Below the pieces are notes generated by a model that did no database searches, was not told where the DNA came from, and worked only from the letters and a program-made list of their open reading frames with translations. DNA of 58,658 bases, the filler included, from Sphacelaria rigidula (lineage: Eukaryota), in NCBI GenBank assembly GCA_964200075.2. It is 9 parts of 9 records of this genome, joined end to end, with 100 filler letters (N's around TTAATTAATTAA, not from the genome) between each part and the next. Parts side by side here need not be neighbours in the genome. Positions count along the whole stretch, not along the records: positions 19,588 to 26,016 come from CAXNAA020020121.1; positions 26,117 to 32,545 come from CAXNAA020020122.1; positions 32,646 to 39,074 come from CAXNAA020020123.1; 6 more parts are not named here. One strand, written 5' to 3'. Numbering within the stretch: the stretch's first letter is position 1; every line of letters begins with the position of its first letter. The translations under genes and the position numbers were made by a program. Below, in pieces: positions 24,614 to 36,632 of the stretch.

Positions 24614-27600
24614 CTGGAGACAGACATACCAAAGCTGTACGACAGCAGCACTGGGTATCGCTGTATGAGAGCGTCAAGCTCCGTGGCATTGGACACTCGC
24701 TGACGCCAGCACTCAACCTGCAAACACCCAATCACGGTCGACACAGCACAAACCACGACCTCCATGTTATGGGCTGTGTAGCGTAGATTACCGACTTCGA
24801 TTCTCGACACGTGGAGCACATACAAACTAAGAGATATGGACGAGATAAAAAGACACAGAAATGTTGCAATATATATATATATTAATGTTGTGGATTCCCG
24901 TTAAATTACCTCAAAACGTGGACCATGACTTTGACGTGTACGTACGGGAGCAAACGCCTGGTCAAGTAGCATCTCCACGCAAGACACAACGAAGGCAAAC
25001 GAGCTTATCTTGAAACACTTTGTGGCTTACGTTCATGTTAAGCTTGCTAAAAGTACGGAAAATGACAACACAATGCTCTCACAAAAAGTACTGCTCTTCT
25101 TGCTGTGGTCGTCGAGTTCAAGGTTGTGGCTGCAGTACGGAGCACATCACAGGTTACTCGTCATAGGGAGCTTCTCTCCAGTCAGCAAAAACTGTAGCGT
25201 ACTGCCCGGTAATGGGAGGAAACCCTTCGTAGACGTTGGCTTAGGGGGACACAGGATCCGGAACCCTGGGAACATCAGGAACGTGCTCTCCACAACAAGT
25301 GTCACGCAGCCCGTGATGTACAACGGGCCCATACAGTACGCGCAACGGGCACAACCTAAAGGTAGGTGTTGACTCTATTCTTTGGAGGAAAACTCCAATA
25401 CCAAAAAAAAAATCGCAGTACACGAGTTCGTGTCTCATAACATCAACGGTGGAAACAAGACCTGCACATGCGTAGATACGCAAGAAGGTGGCATGATGAT
25501 TTGGGGCTATTTTTAATCATACTTTTAACGCTCCGATCCGCCTCCCCCTCCCTTCCGCGAGCCCCCGTTCCGCGAGATGAGCTGGTAGCATCAAGGGATG
25601 CAGCCATATCTCCCCCGGTATGCCCGTACCAACCTACCCGGCAGTCGGCTATCGAGAATTGGGTCAGCACTCGTGCAGCCCGTCTAGTTTCGCCCAATGC
25701 TTTGTGAAGCTACGTCCTGGTGCTCTTACGGCGAAAAAGAGAGTAAATGAAACCACCACATTTGATATATTAGCCCACCAAGTCGTCCCCCAAACTTGCC
25801 GAAAATCTGCTATTTTGACCGCAGTGGCGAAGCGATACACAGTGACGTGTCGAAATAACTGAAGCCTCGTGGCAGGTAACGCCCACCATTCTTCTCTTTT
25901 TCCCGTCAAACTTCCAGCATCTCCCCCCTCCCTCGGAATGATCGTACTACGTAGTGTTGAAATGGTGGGACACCCATGAGGCAGTGTAAAAAGCCGTGGC
26001 TGTCTCTGGAAGTGGCNNNNNNNNNNNNNNNNNNNNNNNNNNNNNNNNNNNNNNNNNNNNTTAATTAATTAANNNNNNNNNNNNNNNNNNNNNNNNNNNN
26101 NNNNNNNNNNNNNNNNATGCGTGGTCAATGGTCAAATGACTAAGGCAAGCAACAAATGAGTACGCCCCCCCCCCTCGCACTATCCGCACTTCCGCCGACC
26201 CCGACCTTGCGCTTTCCGAAGGGCGCTACCTCCTTCAACGTCGTGTTCTGGACATTCGGCAGGCCTGCTGGTGCTCGAAGTCCCAGTGTTCAACGCCTGG
26301 CGCATCTCCTGGCAAGTGCGAAGGAACGAAGTGACAGTAGAAGACACATGATAGCGCGGGAATCGGCGCGGGCGGATTTTCCTGCTAGGATGTGTGTCGG
26401 CAATTACGGGATCAGAACGTGCTGAAGTCGGGTGGATTGTACGTCGGTTCAGACATGAGGCATATTGTGAGGAGTGCACCAGGCTCGGGATCGAAGTGAG
26501 GACGATGATCTCAAGCGTCCCTTTACCTTGATGGCTAGGTAGTGCCGTGAGTGCTGTATTATCAATTCCACTCTCATAATATGCTTTTTGAGCTCGGCTG
26601 CTTCCCACGCTGTCTTGTGTCGTCTACCGTCACTTATTTTCTCTACACTTGCCAGTAAGTGCGCCAGGCGTCAAGCACTGGGCCTTTGATCGCCGTCGAG
26701 CCTGGTGAAGGCCCAAAACACAAAATTGAAAGAGGCGCCAGCCCCTTCTCGAAAGCTCGAGGTTGGAGTCGGCGCTAGTGCGGGTCGTGCACTGGGGTCC
26801 GGCAACGACTACAGCACGGCTGTGTGTCGCCCCGTCCCACTGCGGATGATTCACACTGAACCTCCAGAGCCAGCTTATTTACAACACCAGCACGGCGATC
26901 CCGCTGCTGCTGAGATCGTGTACCACCAAGATTGCTCTCTCCAAGTCCGGTCCGATCGCAGCCTTGGTATTCCGGATCACCTGGATAGCGGATTTCAGGA
27001 GAAAACATCTGAAGCACTTACAAGCGCGCCCACAGGTCACCACTTACCCACCCGCATTTGCTTGCAGCAACCACTTTTCCCTCAGTCATAATGTACGAAG
27101 GGGACGTGTGATAGTCCCGACTGTGAGTCGTCTCAAAAGTTGTTCATTGGAGGAGAAGCATAATTCAAAACGTGCTTTGGTGCCGAGCACAAGTGGTTGG
27201 TTGCTCTACGCGGTATATTTTCATGCATTTTTTCTGCTTACGACGCAAAGAGGTTTGACGCTGGTTTACCAAATACTCACTTACTTGGCCATATAATGTT
27301 TATTCAGACGTTTTTCGCACGCCAACACAGTATATCGCTTCAAAGAGTCGTTGACACTCTAGCCTTGGTAAAACAACGCGATGGCGTTTCCGGCAGCAGC
27401 GACATCTGGCGCGAAACACTGATGCTCGACATTGAAGTTTCAGTATCCGCGAAGAATTGACCGGCTGTCGCGTACCGTAGATGATCTACGCGCGAACAAA
27501 TGACACTTGGGAGGTAACATCAAATGGTCAACACAATGACGAGTCATATCACGGCAATAGCATCGGAATCATATGGATGACAAGAGCGGTGTATATATGA

Positions 27601-28845
27601 CGCGGCGTGCGAAGAGCCCGAGCCAACACATCGCATTGCTGTGTTTTTAGTGCAAAGAGACCCATGATCAACCACCTGATTGCTTGTCGGTCTCCAGCTC
27701 CCTCGAGGTAAAGTACCAGCTGGGAAAAGAGACAAATGCGGCCGCTTTTGCCGTATCCTTCAGACGTAGCGCATCGTGCTTTTTGCAGTGCAGACGGAAA
27801 CAGGGTACCGCACTTTGACAAAGTACCCTCCCACCGGTTTGCCAGAAAATTGCAAAACTTCAGTCTGTAATGTGCCGATTTCATCCGAAATGAGGGGAGA
27901 TAACCCTCTCGTTCTGCCCCTCACATGGGTCTCTTGCACCGAGAGGTTCAACAATCTGAGCGTGCCAGCATACCCACGGCGAGCTATATCAGAAGAACGT
28001 TCACGCAGTAAGTTCGGGTTTGATGTTACTACCCTGATCACCTCACCTCCGCCCATTTGCCTACTACAACAGTAGCTTTGCAGTGTCGAGGCAAACGGCC
28101 ATTACTCCAATGAAGCATTTGAGAACGCTGGTGCAGTCCAATTCCCATACTGTCGTTGTTGAACTCTTGAGGGTATTGCCCATGGGAGAGAAATCCCGTC
28201 ATGCGATACAGTCGTCAAGAGGGCGCTTCTGCACGCAGGCCGCGAGTCTAGCTACCGTTGCCGTGAAGCACGTCACTGTTCTATACGAAGAGCCCATGGT
28301 GGGAGCAACGCGTTGTCGAAAAAACACAGCACTGACGTGGGCATCATCCTCAGATGACATCGGCGTCGTTTGGGCTGGCTTTTGTGCCCAAAAGCTGTGC
28401 CCCGGCCGCGGCCATGGTCGTCCCGTCGAGTAGAATGACTTTGATCAGAGTCCTGAAGAAGCATGGTGGGTAGGCCAGTGGCAGCGATGAGTAAATCATG
28501 ATTTTTAGTGTATGTACTTTACTTGAACACTGCGTAACTACACCACTGCGTGCGCCAATCCCAGTAACTCCCCACTGATGATGTAGAGCGGTGTAGGAAA
28601 GAGTGCCGGCAAGAAAAGCTGAAAATGTTCAATGAATGCCAAAACGCAATCTATGTTCCCCCTCGCACAAGGCAGTCCGGTAATGCAACGCCCCGTCGAA
28701 GAACGATGGCCCCGGCGACGTGCACCAGTACACGATCACCCGTGCACACGAGTGTGTCGGCGTAGCCAGGCCTTGTAGACATTGTACGGTAAGCTGCTGC
28801 CTATCGGGTGCAATGCTGGATGTTCATTCCGACAAATGTCTCGAA

Positions 28846-29467
28846 ACAATGCAAACCGCACCTACATACGCCCAACGCCGACTCGTCGTCAAAAGTCAAG
28901 GCGGCGTCAGTATCTACCCCTCGCTCGAGCTGACGCTGCTGCAGCCGGGTGACCAACATGCAACCAGGATATAAGCAAGGAACCTTTGCTGCGGGCGGAA
29001 GTGGGGCAAGGCGGGTGGGGAAAGACCTCAGGCTGGGAGAGCGGGTAGTCGATTGTTGTTCAGCTCCGATCCACGTGACCGGTGAGTTCTGTGTTCATCG
29101 GCGTGGTGAGTGGATTGAGTGATCGTTAGCACTTCCAGTAACCACTAGTAGATGATGCCATGTACCAGCGGTTATTGGAAGTGCCAACGATCACTCAATC
29201 CACTCACCATGCCGATGGACACAGAGCCTAACTGTCACGTGGATCGGGGCTGAACAACAATCGACTATCCGCTCTCACAGCCCGACCTCTTTCCCCACCC
29301 GCCTTGCCTCACCTCCGCTCGTCGCAAAGGTTCCTCGCTCATATTCTGGTTGCATGTTGCTCTCCCAACTGCAGCAGCGTCGACTCGAGCGAGAGGTGGA
29401 TATTGACGCCGCCTTGACTGTTGACGAAGAGTCGGCGTTGGGCGTATCTAGGTGCGGTTTACATCGT
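28846..29467. ncRNA. Long fold-back hairpin (309-bp arms, 4-nt loop), candidate miRNA/hp-siRNA precursor
   Basis: 28846-29154 is the reverse complement of 29159-29467, with substitutions but no indels. The structure is directly visible; the function is inferred. Confidence 0.55.
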
Positions 29468-29474
29468 CTAATAA

Positions 29475-29674
29475 ATGAGCCCGTAACCGCAAGAAGCAAC
29501 GATGCCCAGTGCGGATACGGTGACGTCGAGCGGATGGCTCGGAGCCCGTTGGTCCCTAAGGCAAGACCCACCGCATACGCATGATGCGGTGGGTCTTGCC
29601 TTAGGGACGAGCCATCCGCTCGACGTCACCGTATCCGCACTTAGCATCGTTGCTTCTTGCGGTCGCGAGCTCGT
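29475..29674. ncRNA. Second hairpin (~90-bp stem, ~11-nt bulge), candidate miRNA precursor
   Basis: Near-perfect inverted repeat around loop 29577-29583. Confidence 0.5.
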
Positions 29675-30297
29675 TCTGTGCGCATTTTACTACATGCCGC
29701 AGACTCTTGAGCGTTTCTACTGACGAAAGCCGGACGGCATCTCCGTCCACCCAGCTGCTACTTTGTGGGATTCTGCGAATGTGCGATGGGGGCGTATCGA
29801 GGTGGCGGCCGGGGCAGCAGGTATCCCCAAAGTAGCGTAGCGCCACGACGTGCCGACAGGCCCACGGGGTTCGATTGGCGTTGCTTGATGCTCTGATAGC
29901 AAGTTCAGCCACGGGGCGGGCATCGGACAACGATCGCAGTATCGTTATGAACACACACGTTGCAACGCGGTGGAAAGCAGCCCATGAGGTCAGAACGAAG
30001 ACCGCCCGCTGGAACGCATGCCAGGTGCTGGGCGGAATAACTTGGCTGCACCACGCTGATCAGAGCTTGATGTGAGATGCTTGTTAACGGTCGAAACTCG
30101 AACCTTGCGTCTTGTTGTATGACTTCATACGCACAAACCTCGCTGACGTTTGACGGACGGCCTTTGTCAAGATCAGTGACCACTCCCATCCTAATACAGG
30201 ACGCATTTTCCCACGGGGCTACGTACATTTGCCTATGGGATCGTCCTCTAGAACAAGAAAACCTATAGCTCTGCTCGAGCCATCCGCCCCATCAAGT

Positions 30298-30430
30298 TCT
30301 CAGCGAGGACCAGGGTGACCTGAATCAGTACTGCGCTGGGATTCATTCACACGTGATGGTGCAGGGAATGACCCATCATCTGTGAATCCCAGCGTGGTAC
30401 CCATTCAGACGACCTTGTTCCCCGCTCAGA
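30298..30430. ncRNA. Pre-miRNA-sized imperfect hairpin (~55-bp stem)
   Basis: GCGAGGACCAGGGTGACCTGAATCAGTACTGCGCTGGGATTCA pairs with TGAATCCCAGCGTGGTACCCATTCAGACGACCTTGTTCCCCGC. Confidence 0.45.
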
Positions 30431-32365
30431 TCATGATGTGGCGAGTGGTCGGCGTAAAAGTATGCATTGCCTTTAATCTAAAGGATGTCTCCCTACGCGA
30501 ACGTGCGGAGCTCCGTGGGAGAATGCGTGCTGTATACACAGCGCCGGGAGTAGCTCGTAGACAAGGCCATGCTTCAAGCCCACGTACATTGCTCCTCAAG
30601 GCGGGGAGAGAGGGTGCGCGTGTGGCGAGTTGTGATGCCATTACCGCTCTTGATCAACAACAAGGAGAAGCAACTGAAAACAAGCATGTCAGCATCTTCA
30701 GGAGCCAGAAGACGGCCTACATGTTCCCAGGTGGGGCCAAGGAAAGCCTATCGTTTTCGGTCATTTCACCAGCATCCCGACTATACGAGCCGTGTGTTGC
30801 CAGCGAAATCGATGTGTTGTTAACGACTGTATACTGACTACGGGGACCACTATACCATCATTCGATACACTGCGCAACCGCTCAGCCGGAGACATATAGC
30901 GTAAGCATGTACGCCTCGCCTACACCGAGGTACGCTCGGAATAAGAAGATACGAATGAGTCGGTGTAGGTCGATCAATTTCGGCTCGATCAATCCCATCG
31001 TCACAGGCAGGAAATCGCTCACGATGTAAGAATCCGGTACGACAGCTTGATTGCTCTTTTGCTGGCATCCTCTGTGCCACGCCACGCGTTCTGCAAGTTT
31101 GACCGAAATTGCATCCTGCTGGCCAAACATCAAGCAGGGCAAGACGCCCCTGTCCGGTTCTTGAGTACATGGACAGGTAAACAAAGGTGGGAAATTCTTC
31201 GGTGTGGTGACGGGAGGAGAGTAGATGGTATCGCTTTCAGTTTCTAGTGTCGAGAGACAGGTAACCTTGATACATTTGTTATTATCATGTTTGTCAGTTT
31301 TTCCGTGGATGGGGGTATTTGATATTCGGTACTAGTGCATTTTGTGTATATTTTATATATCCGCAATTTGGTTCTCGCCTCAGTTGTCGCATTTCTTATT
31401 TCAGTGATGTCCCCCCCCCCAGGTTTCTTCGATGTTTCCTTGTGTCGATGCGATGGCTGGTGGATTCACATGTGCTTCCCGCTGTATCGTATCTCGGATT
31501 AATGATGGTTGTCATTTGTGATCTGTGATTTGCAATGGCGTCTTCGAGTTACAACGTAATGAATTCTTTATCAATTTCTTGTACCTTTCTTGTAGTCTGC
31601 TAGATTTTGATCATTTTTTTTAGGATTGCTTGTCATGTTTGCACGATGACTGTCAGGGTTGCAATGCATTCGCCAGTCGAAAGTGTAAGTACGTACGTAA
31701 ACACACATGTAACAAGCAAGACATCTGCCACATTTTTCCGTGGCCGGTTACAGCGGATGCAGATTCCCACTGGTCCCGTCATAATTTTATTTTACCACGC
31801 AAGTACCACATGCGTCCAGCCGCGGACCGTCGGTACCAGCCGCGCCGTATTTTCGGGAAAACAGTCACCGGGATACCATACGATCAACGATATCGAAATA
31901 TCACTCCACGCGTACGGCAGTGCACAGGTACCAGACACCTTGCACTGCAGTAGCACCGCGAAAGCCAAGTTATCATAATGCATTATCATTTCTCAAAAAC
32001 CTGTTGCAAGGGGAGCCTTCGAGGGTGGGGGGAAAACAAACAGTCCCATTCTTCGCTTGAAGCCTTCTCGCTCGAAGCCTTGTCGAGAGGGCTGTACACT
32101 CCTGCGCCAAAATGAAGAAAAACAAATGAGGACACTTATTTCGGAACGGAATCTTAGCTCTTTTAATCTTCTCGCGCACTGTTGCAACGTCCAGCCTCAG
32201 ATCCAGACACATGGGTCCGTTGATTGTGGTTTACATGACATGTGACCGAAGTTTCAACGCCTTGCAGCGACGACAGCGCGCGTACGACCGTGCCTCCCGC
32301 GCTGAGCATCCCCACAGGCGATACCGAAACATTTTTTTTACAGATTGTCATTATCGAGTGGTATA

Positions 32366-32545
32366 TGTGTGTTGTGTTGTCGTCCCATCTATTCTGGGCG
32401 CCGGTCTACACATTTCGGGATATGTGGGCGCACCCGCCGGGGTCACACAGGAGGAAGGTCCACACAGGAGCTTTTTCTTTTTTGTTTGTTTTTAGTAACC
32501 AAACGTCCTTCTGCGGTGCTTACCTTTATTTTTTATCGCGAGTCG
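32366..32545 (-). mobile_element. SINE family A, 3' half (cut by contig end)
   Basis: TGTTGTGTTGTCGTCCCATCTATTCTGGGCGCCGGTCTACAC...TTTTATCGCGAG matches the other copies. Confidence 0.8.
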
Positions 32546-32964
32546 NNNNNNNNNNNNNNNNNNNNNNNNNNNNNNNNNNNNNNNNNNNNTTAATTAATTA
32601 ANNNNNNNNNNNNNNNNNNNNNNNNNNNNNNNNNNNNNNNNNNNNATTACCAAAATAAAGAAAAAATAAGAAGAGCGACGCCACGAAAACCGGTGAGAAG
32701 TAGCTCCCCCGAGTTCAACGAGGAGAGAAAAGAAAGGAACAAAAAACAAACAAACAACAAACGCCAGATCTGTCAAAAGTGTACACCGAAAGAAAGGAAG
32801 AGAGAAGATAGTAAAGGAGAAAAACAGGAAAAGACAGGTGACACGAGGAGAGTAGTATGGCCATCATGTTAGGGGTTCAGCTCAAAAACAAAATGTATAT
32901 ATATGCGAGAAAATCAGTAGGCTTCGGACCGAACAATCTTAGCAGGATGTAGCTCATTCTTCAT

Positions 32965-33278
32965 GCGACTCGCCGAACACATCACGGCGGTTCGCGCTGT
33001 TCGACAGAAAGAGCTCCACCCCTGAGCCACTTAGTCAGCACTGACTCAGTGGCTCAGTCGTGAAGTGTTTTGAGTCCGTACTCTCGGCGCCTTCTCCGGG
33101 TCTCCCCTCGCTAACGCTGCCGAAGTAGTCAGGGTGGGCGTGGACGTTCTGACATATTTCCTCAACTATGGGAAAGCTTTCCTCGACTATGGGAAAGAAG
33201 AAGTGATCGCGCCGAGAATTGAACTCACACTTCTTTTGTTCGTCAGGAAGAACTCCACCACTGAGCCACTCAGTCAGC
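32965..33278. repeat. Three tRNA-like (Pol III A/B-box) heads in -/+/- arrangement
   Basis: CTGACTNAGTGGCTCAG starts at 33038(-), 33041(+) and 33277(-). The last copy has B box GAGTTCAATTCTC. Confidence 0.55.
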
Positions 33279-33715
33279 GTCTGGTGGTTGATTGCGAGCC
33301 CGGTCCGGCGAAAACCCGGCGTGCCCCGCCCCGACCTTGCAGGGATGCGAGGTCAATGATCTTACGACTACGGCATGCACGATAATGAGGACACCGCTAA
33401 AACAGTATTATTCCTGTCATATTCTTCCCGTGTTGCTGACTAGCTCGTTGTAGCATGTTGCCGAAAAAGCTTGGATGATCAAGCCAAACGTAGGATGTCC
33501 CCGGGTCTGCGATTGCTGGGGAATGCTTTCACGGAATGCCGCATGCTCCGCCCCCACCCGTCCCTGTCGTTGAATGATCAGGCTAGCAGCACTGTAGGGT
33601 TTTGATTATGATATTCTTGATCGCTGCAAACTGACAATAAAAAATCAACACAAGGGCTACGAGAGGTTGCGATGACGGAGTGACGTCCCTTTTCCCGTCG
33701 TTCTTGAGCTTTATT

Positions 33716-33830
33716 GCTGCTGTTGCTGTAGTAATAGTGGCAGTGGCAGTGGTGGTGGTGGTGGTGGTGGTGGTGGTGGTCGTAGTAGTAGCAGTAGTGG
33801 TAGTAGTAGTAGTGGTAGTAGTAGTCGTAG
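33716..33830. repeat. Compound (GTG)n/(GTA)n microsatellite. Others: (CA)n 13344-13382, (GCT/ACT)n 17667-17707, (TG)n 19422-19487, (CT)n 50783-50806
   Basis: Direct inspection. Confidence 0.95.
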
Positions 33831-33949
33831 TCGAAGCATAACGACACTCACAAATAATGTAGCACCTCTCGAACAAACTTTGTGTGCAAAACGCCAACCT
33901 GGGTACACGACACGATGCAGTATATTGATGCCTTCATGCCTACTTACAG

Positions 33950-34079
33950 GTTCGCTGAGCCGCGTCTCCGCGAGGACGATCTGGTGCAGTACGTCGAATA
34001 CACGCGAAGAAAGGCCGAGAGCATTGCTGCATTGAGCAAGAAGAAGAGTGGCCGCGCCTTGGCACGAATGGGCAGTTAG
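33950..34079 (+). CDS. Candidate terminal exon xFAEPRLREDDLVQYVEYTRRKAESIAALSKKKSGRALARMGS*; product unknown
   Basis: cttacag acceptor, GC-rich coding-like frame ending TAG. No partner exons found. Confidence 0.3.
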
Positions 34080-34504
34080 AGGTTGTAATCTGTAGCCACG
34101 TTGAAAGTCCTCTTGTCCAGATCGTCCGGCAGAGGCTATAAATCACATAAAGCCAACCAGTTTCGCTGGGGTACACGCCGTGGTGTATGTGCAAGCATGA
34201 ATACATGGAGTATTTTCTTTGCACTTGCGATGGTTCGCTCCACATGGGCGGTACGAACGTGTGCGATGCTTGAGTACATGAACACATGATGTACTTCCTT
34301 CAAATCGAGTGAGACCAACCATCCTGTGCCTAAACTATGCGTCCAGGTGATATTATTGTGCTCTCGCTGACCCTACGTCTTCCATCGACTTTGAAACTTT
34401 ACCTCTAACACTGCAATCTTCTTTAATTCGCTTCGTTTTGTCCCGTTTCCACTCAACCTGTTTTCTCATACGAACTTTGATTTTATTGGTCAACTGTCGC
34501 ACAT

Positions 34505-34760
34505 ATATTTTTATATATGTATATATTTCTTGAACGAAGGAGGAAATCCGACCCAACACTAACCCCCCTCCCCCGCAAGCGGGTTCGCGTGCCGATTCCC
34601 CGGAGGCTCGGCTAGACTGCCTCGCGGCATTCATGTGGGGTAGGCGCCTCGAGCACTCGCAAAATTTGTTCAAGGCAGTGCGGGAGTCCGACCCACTAAA
34701 CTTCCTGTCAACTTGGTGCAGTGCTCGCGCCGCCCTACTCTTAAGAGCTCCGGTCCAAGG
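34505..34760 (-). mobile_element. Retroposon family B, second copy with AT-rich tail and 12-bp TSD
   Basis: TSD ACTGTCGCACAT at 34493-34504 and 34761-34772. Aligns end to end with 23434-23671. Confidence 0.85.
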
Positions 34761-36392
34761 ACTGTCGCACATGAACTCATCCGGTACGAATATATCCGCT
34801 GTCACGAGATGGACGTACCCAAGAGGGACAAAGGGAAACACTCTGTCATAGCAAACACAAGGAAGGAAGGACGAGATTAATGCAGCGAGAAGATGGAGTG
34901 CAAGTAGGCTGAATAAAAAAATCCAAAGCAAGAAAAAGCGCCGGGTGAACCCTTTTGAAACCGTTGATGAAAAAAACGACGATTTACACTTAACCTTTTC
35001 TTGGGCAAGATATGGTTGTTGTGGTTGTTTTTCTGCAAGAATTGATGACATAGCCCACCAAAACGGTGCACCACTCTAAGTTCAAGTATAGGAATGTGAC
35101 AGATTCGTGCACCGAACTTGAAGTGACGTTTTCCCAGTGAAGAAAGCTCGCATATGGGAGTTCGTACTACTTTTCGCGAGTTCCAGAAGGATTAAGATCT
35201 ATTGCCGACCCTGAGAAAAATACCGGAAGGGGTCCCGCCTGTGTTTCGGGTAAGGAAGCCTCATGGAACGCAATGCCGTGAGAGCTCGTTGGGACTCAGT
35301 CATCCGGGGACTGAACAGTTTGCGCAGGAATTCTCACCCGCCAGATCTGCGGGAGAGAGGCACAAACCGTCAATACAGTCTACGAGGAGACAGTGAAAGG
35401 AGAGGAGGAGCAGGGAGTGATCAATAGAAGAGTGGTGAAGGAGGAGGCACAGTGCGGTACAGTTTTCCATGCGCGCTCCGGGCCAGCGGCATTGCCACCT
35501 CACAATTTCAAGCAGTACGGAACAGTGGCTCTCGTCCCGCCAACAGTACACTAGTACGTGCATATCCTGCTTCTTTGTAAAAACAACCAACTGAGGGTGT
35601 TATTTGTCTGTCGGAACTTCGCATCGCTTGCGTTGTCGCGCATTGTTGTATTATTTATTTAATAATGCCCTATTCATTATCTGCTCCAAATTTGAAAGTC
35701 AAAGCCTTGAAATTGAGCCTAAGTGGGGCGTTTTAGAAACCGGCGGGGCAGACGAAATTCGGAACAGTATTTTCCAGGCCATTTACCGGCCCAGGTTTGG
35801 TGCTTATGTTTTCAAATTTTGTGTGGGACCTCGCTGGACCGTACAGAATAAAATACTGGGAATACTTGATTTTATTTTCATGTTTTCACTTGTTTGGAAC
35901 ATTTTAGTTCAGTACGGACCATATTTTCAAGACGACGCCCATACCCCTCGAAAAAAAATTTGAACGCCATTTTTTTCCCCTTCAGCATGCCTCTGTGATT
36001 CTCCATGCTAAATTACAAACGACGGATCAAGAAATTGAACTGAAAAGCTAAGGTAAAGTCCAAAAACAGCGCTTATTTTTCCTCGAAACTCCCCTGAAAA
36101 ACGAAAAAAAAAAAAACGAAAAAAATGAAAAGAAACTGTTTAATATTTTTAATATACATCAGCGGTTCTCTACACGAAATTCAACGCACAACTCTCCAAA
36201 ACTGAGACGCGATATATATTCAGGTTCAGGGCTTTTAGTGCTTCTTCTCGTAATGTATTGACTTTAGTATGGAATATTATACATTATGTGCTCCATATCT
36301 CGAGACAGATAACGAATTAGTCAAAGGTGAGGGTATCGATTGTGTCCCCGTGCTCCAGGGAATATCCACACCAAAAACGAGTGATGATACGT

Positions 36393-36632
36393 TAGGGGTG
36401 CACAATTTCTCCTGGGGCTGGAATTGTTAGGTGCCCTTTATCTCATCCAAAACACGTCTTCTTGAGAAATAATACGTGAGAGTACGCCAGGATATTACTA
36501 TTATTCCAATGTGCTAGGGACATCTCGAATGAATTTTCAAACGGGGATACCCTGGTCCATATTCTTGTGCATCTAGAATCGTCAGGAGCCCCTGGACCAC
36601 AGGCAAGGCTTGGCGCAAAAAATGCACGCCTA
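36393..36632. mobile_element. hAT-like MITE (TAGGGGTGCAC termini); related copy at ~47345-47557
   Basis: TAGGGGTGCAC ... ATGCACGCCTA. The body aligns with 47350-47570, which ends GTGCACCCCTA. Confidence 0.55.

Noticed and set aside
34353..35051. 232-aa ORF (likewise 20183-20824 and 53036-53719)
   Set aside because: These run through SINE/LINE or pyrimidine-rich low-complexity DNA with no domain motifs, so they are likely spurious.
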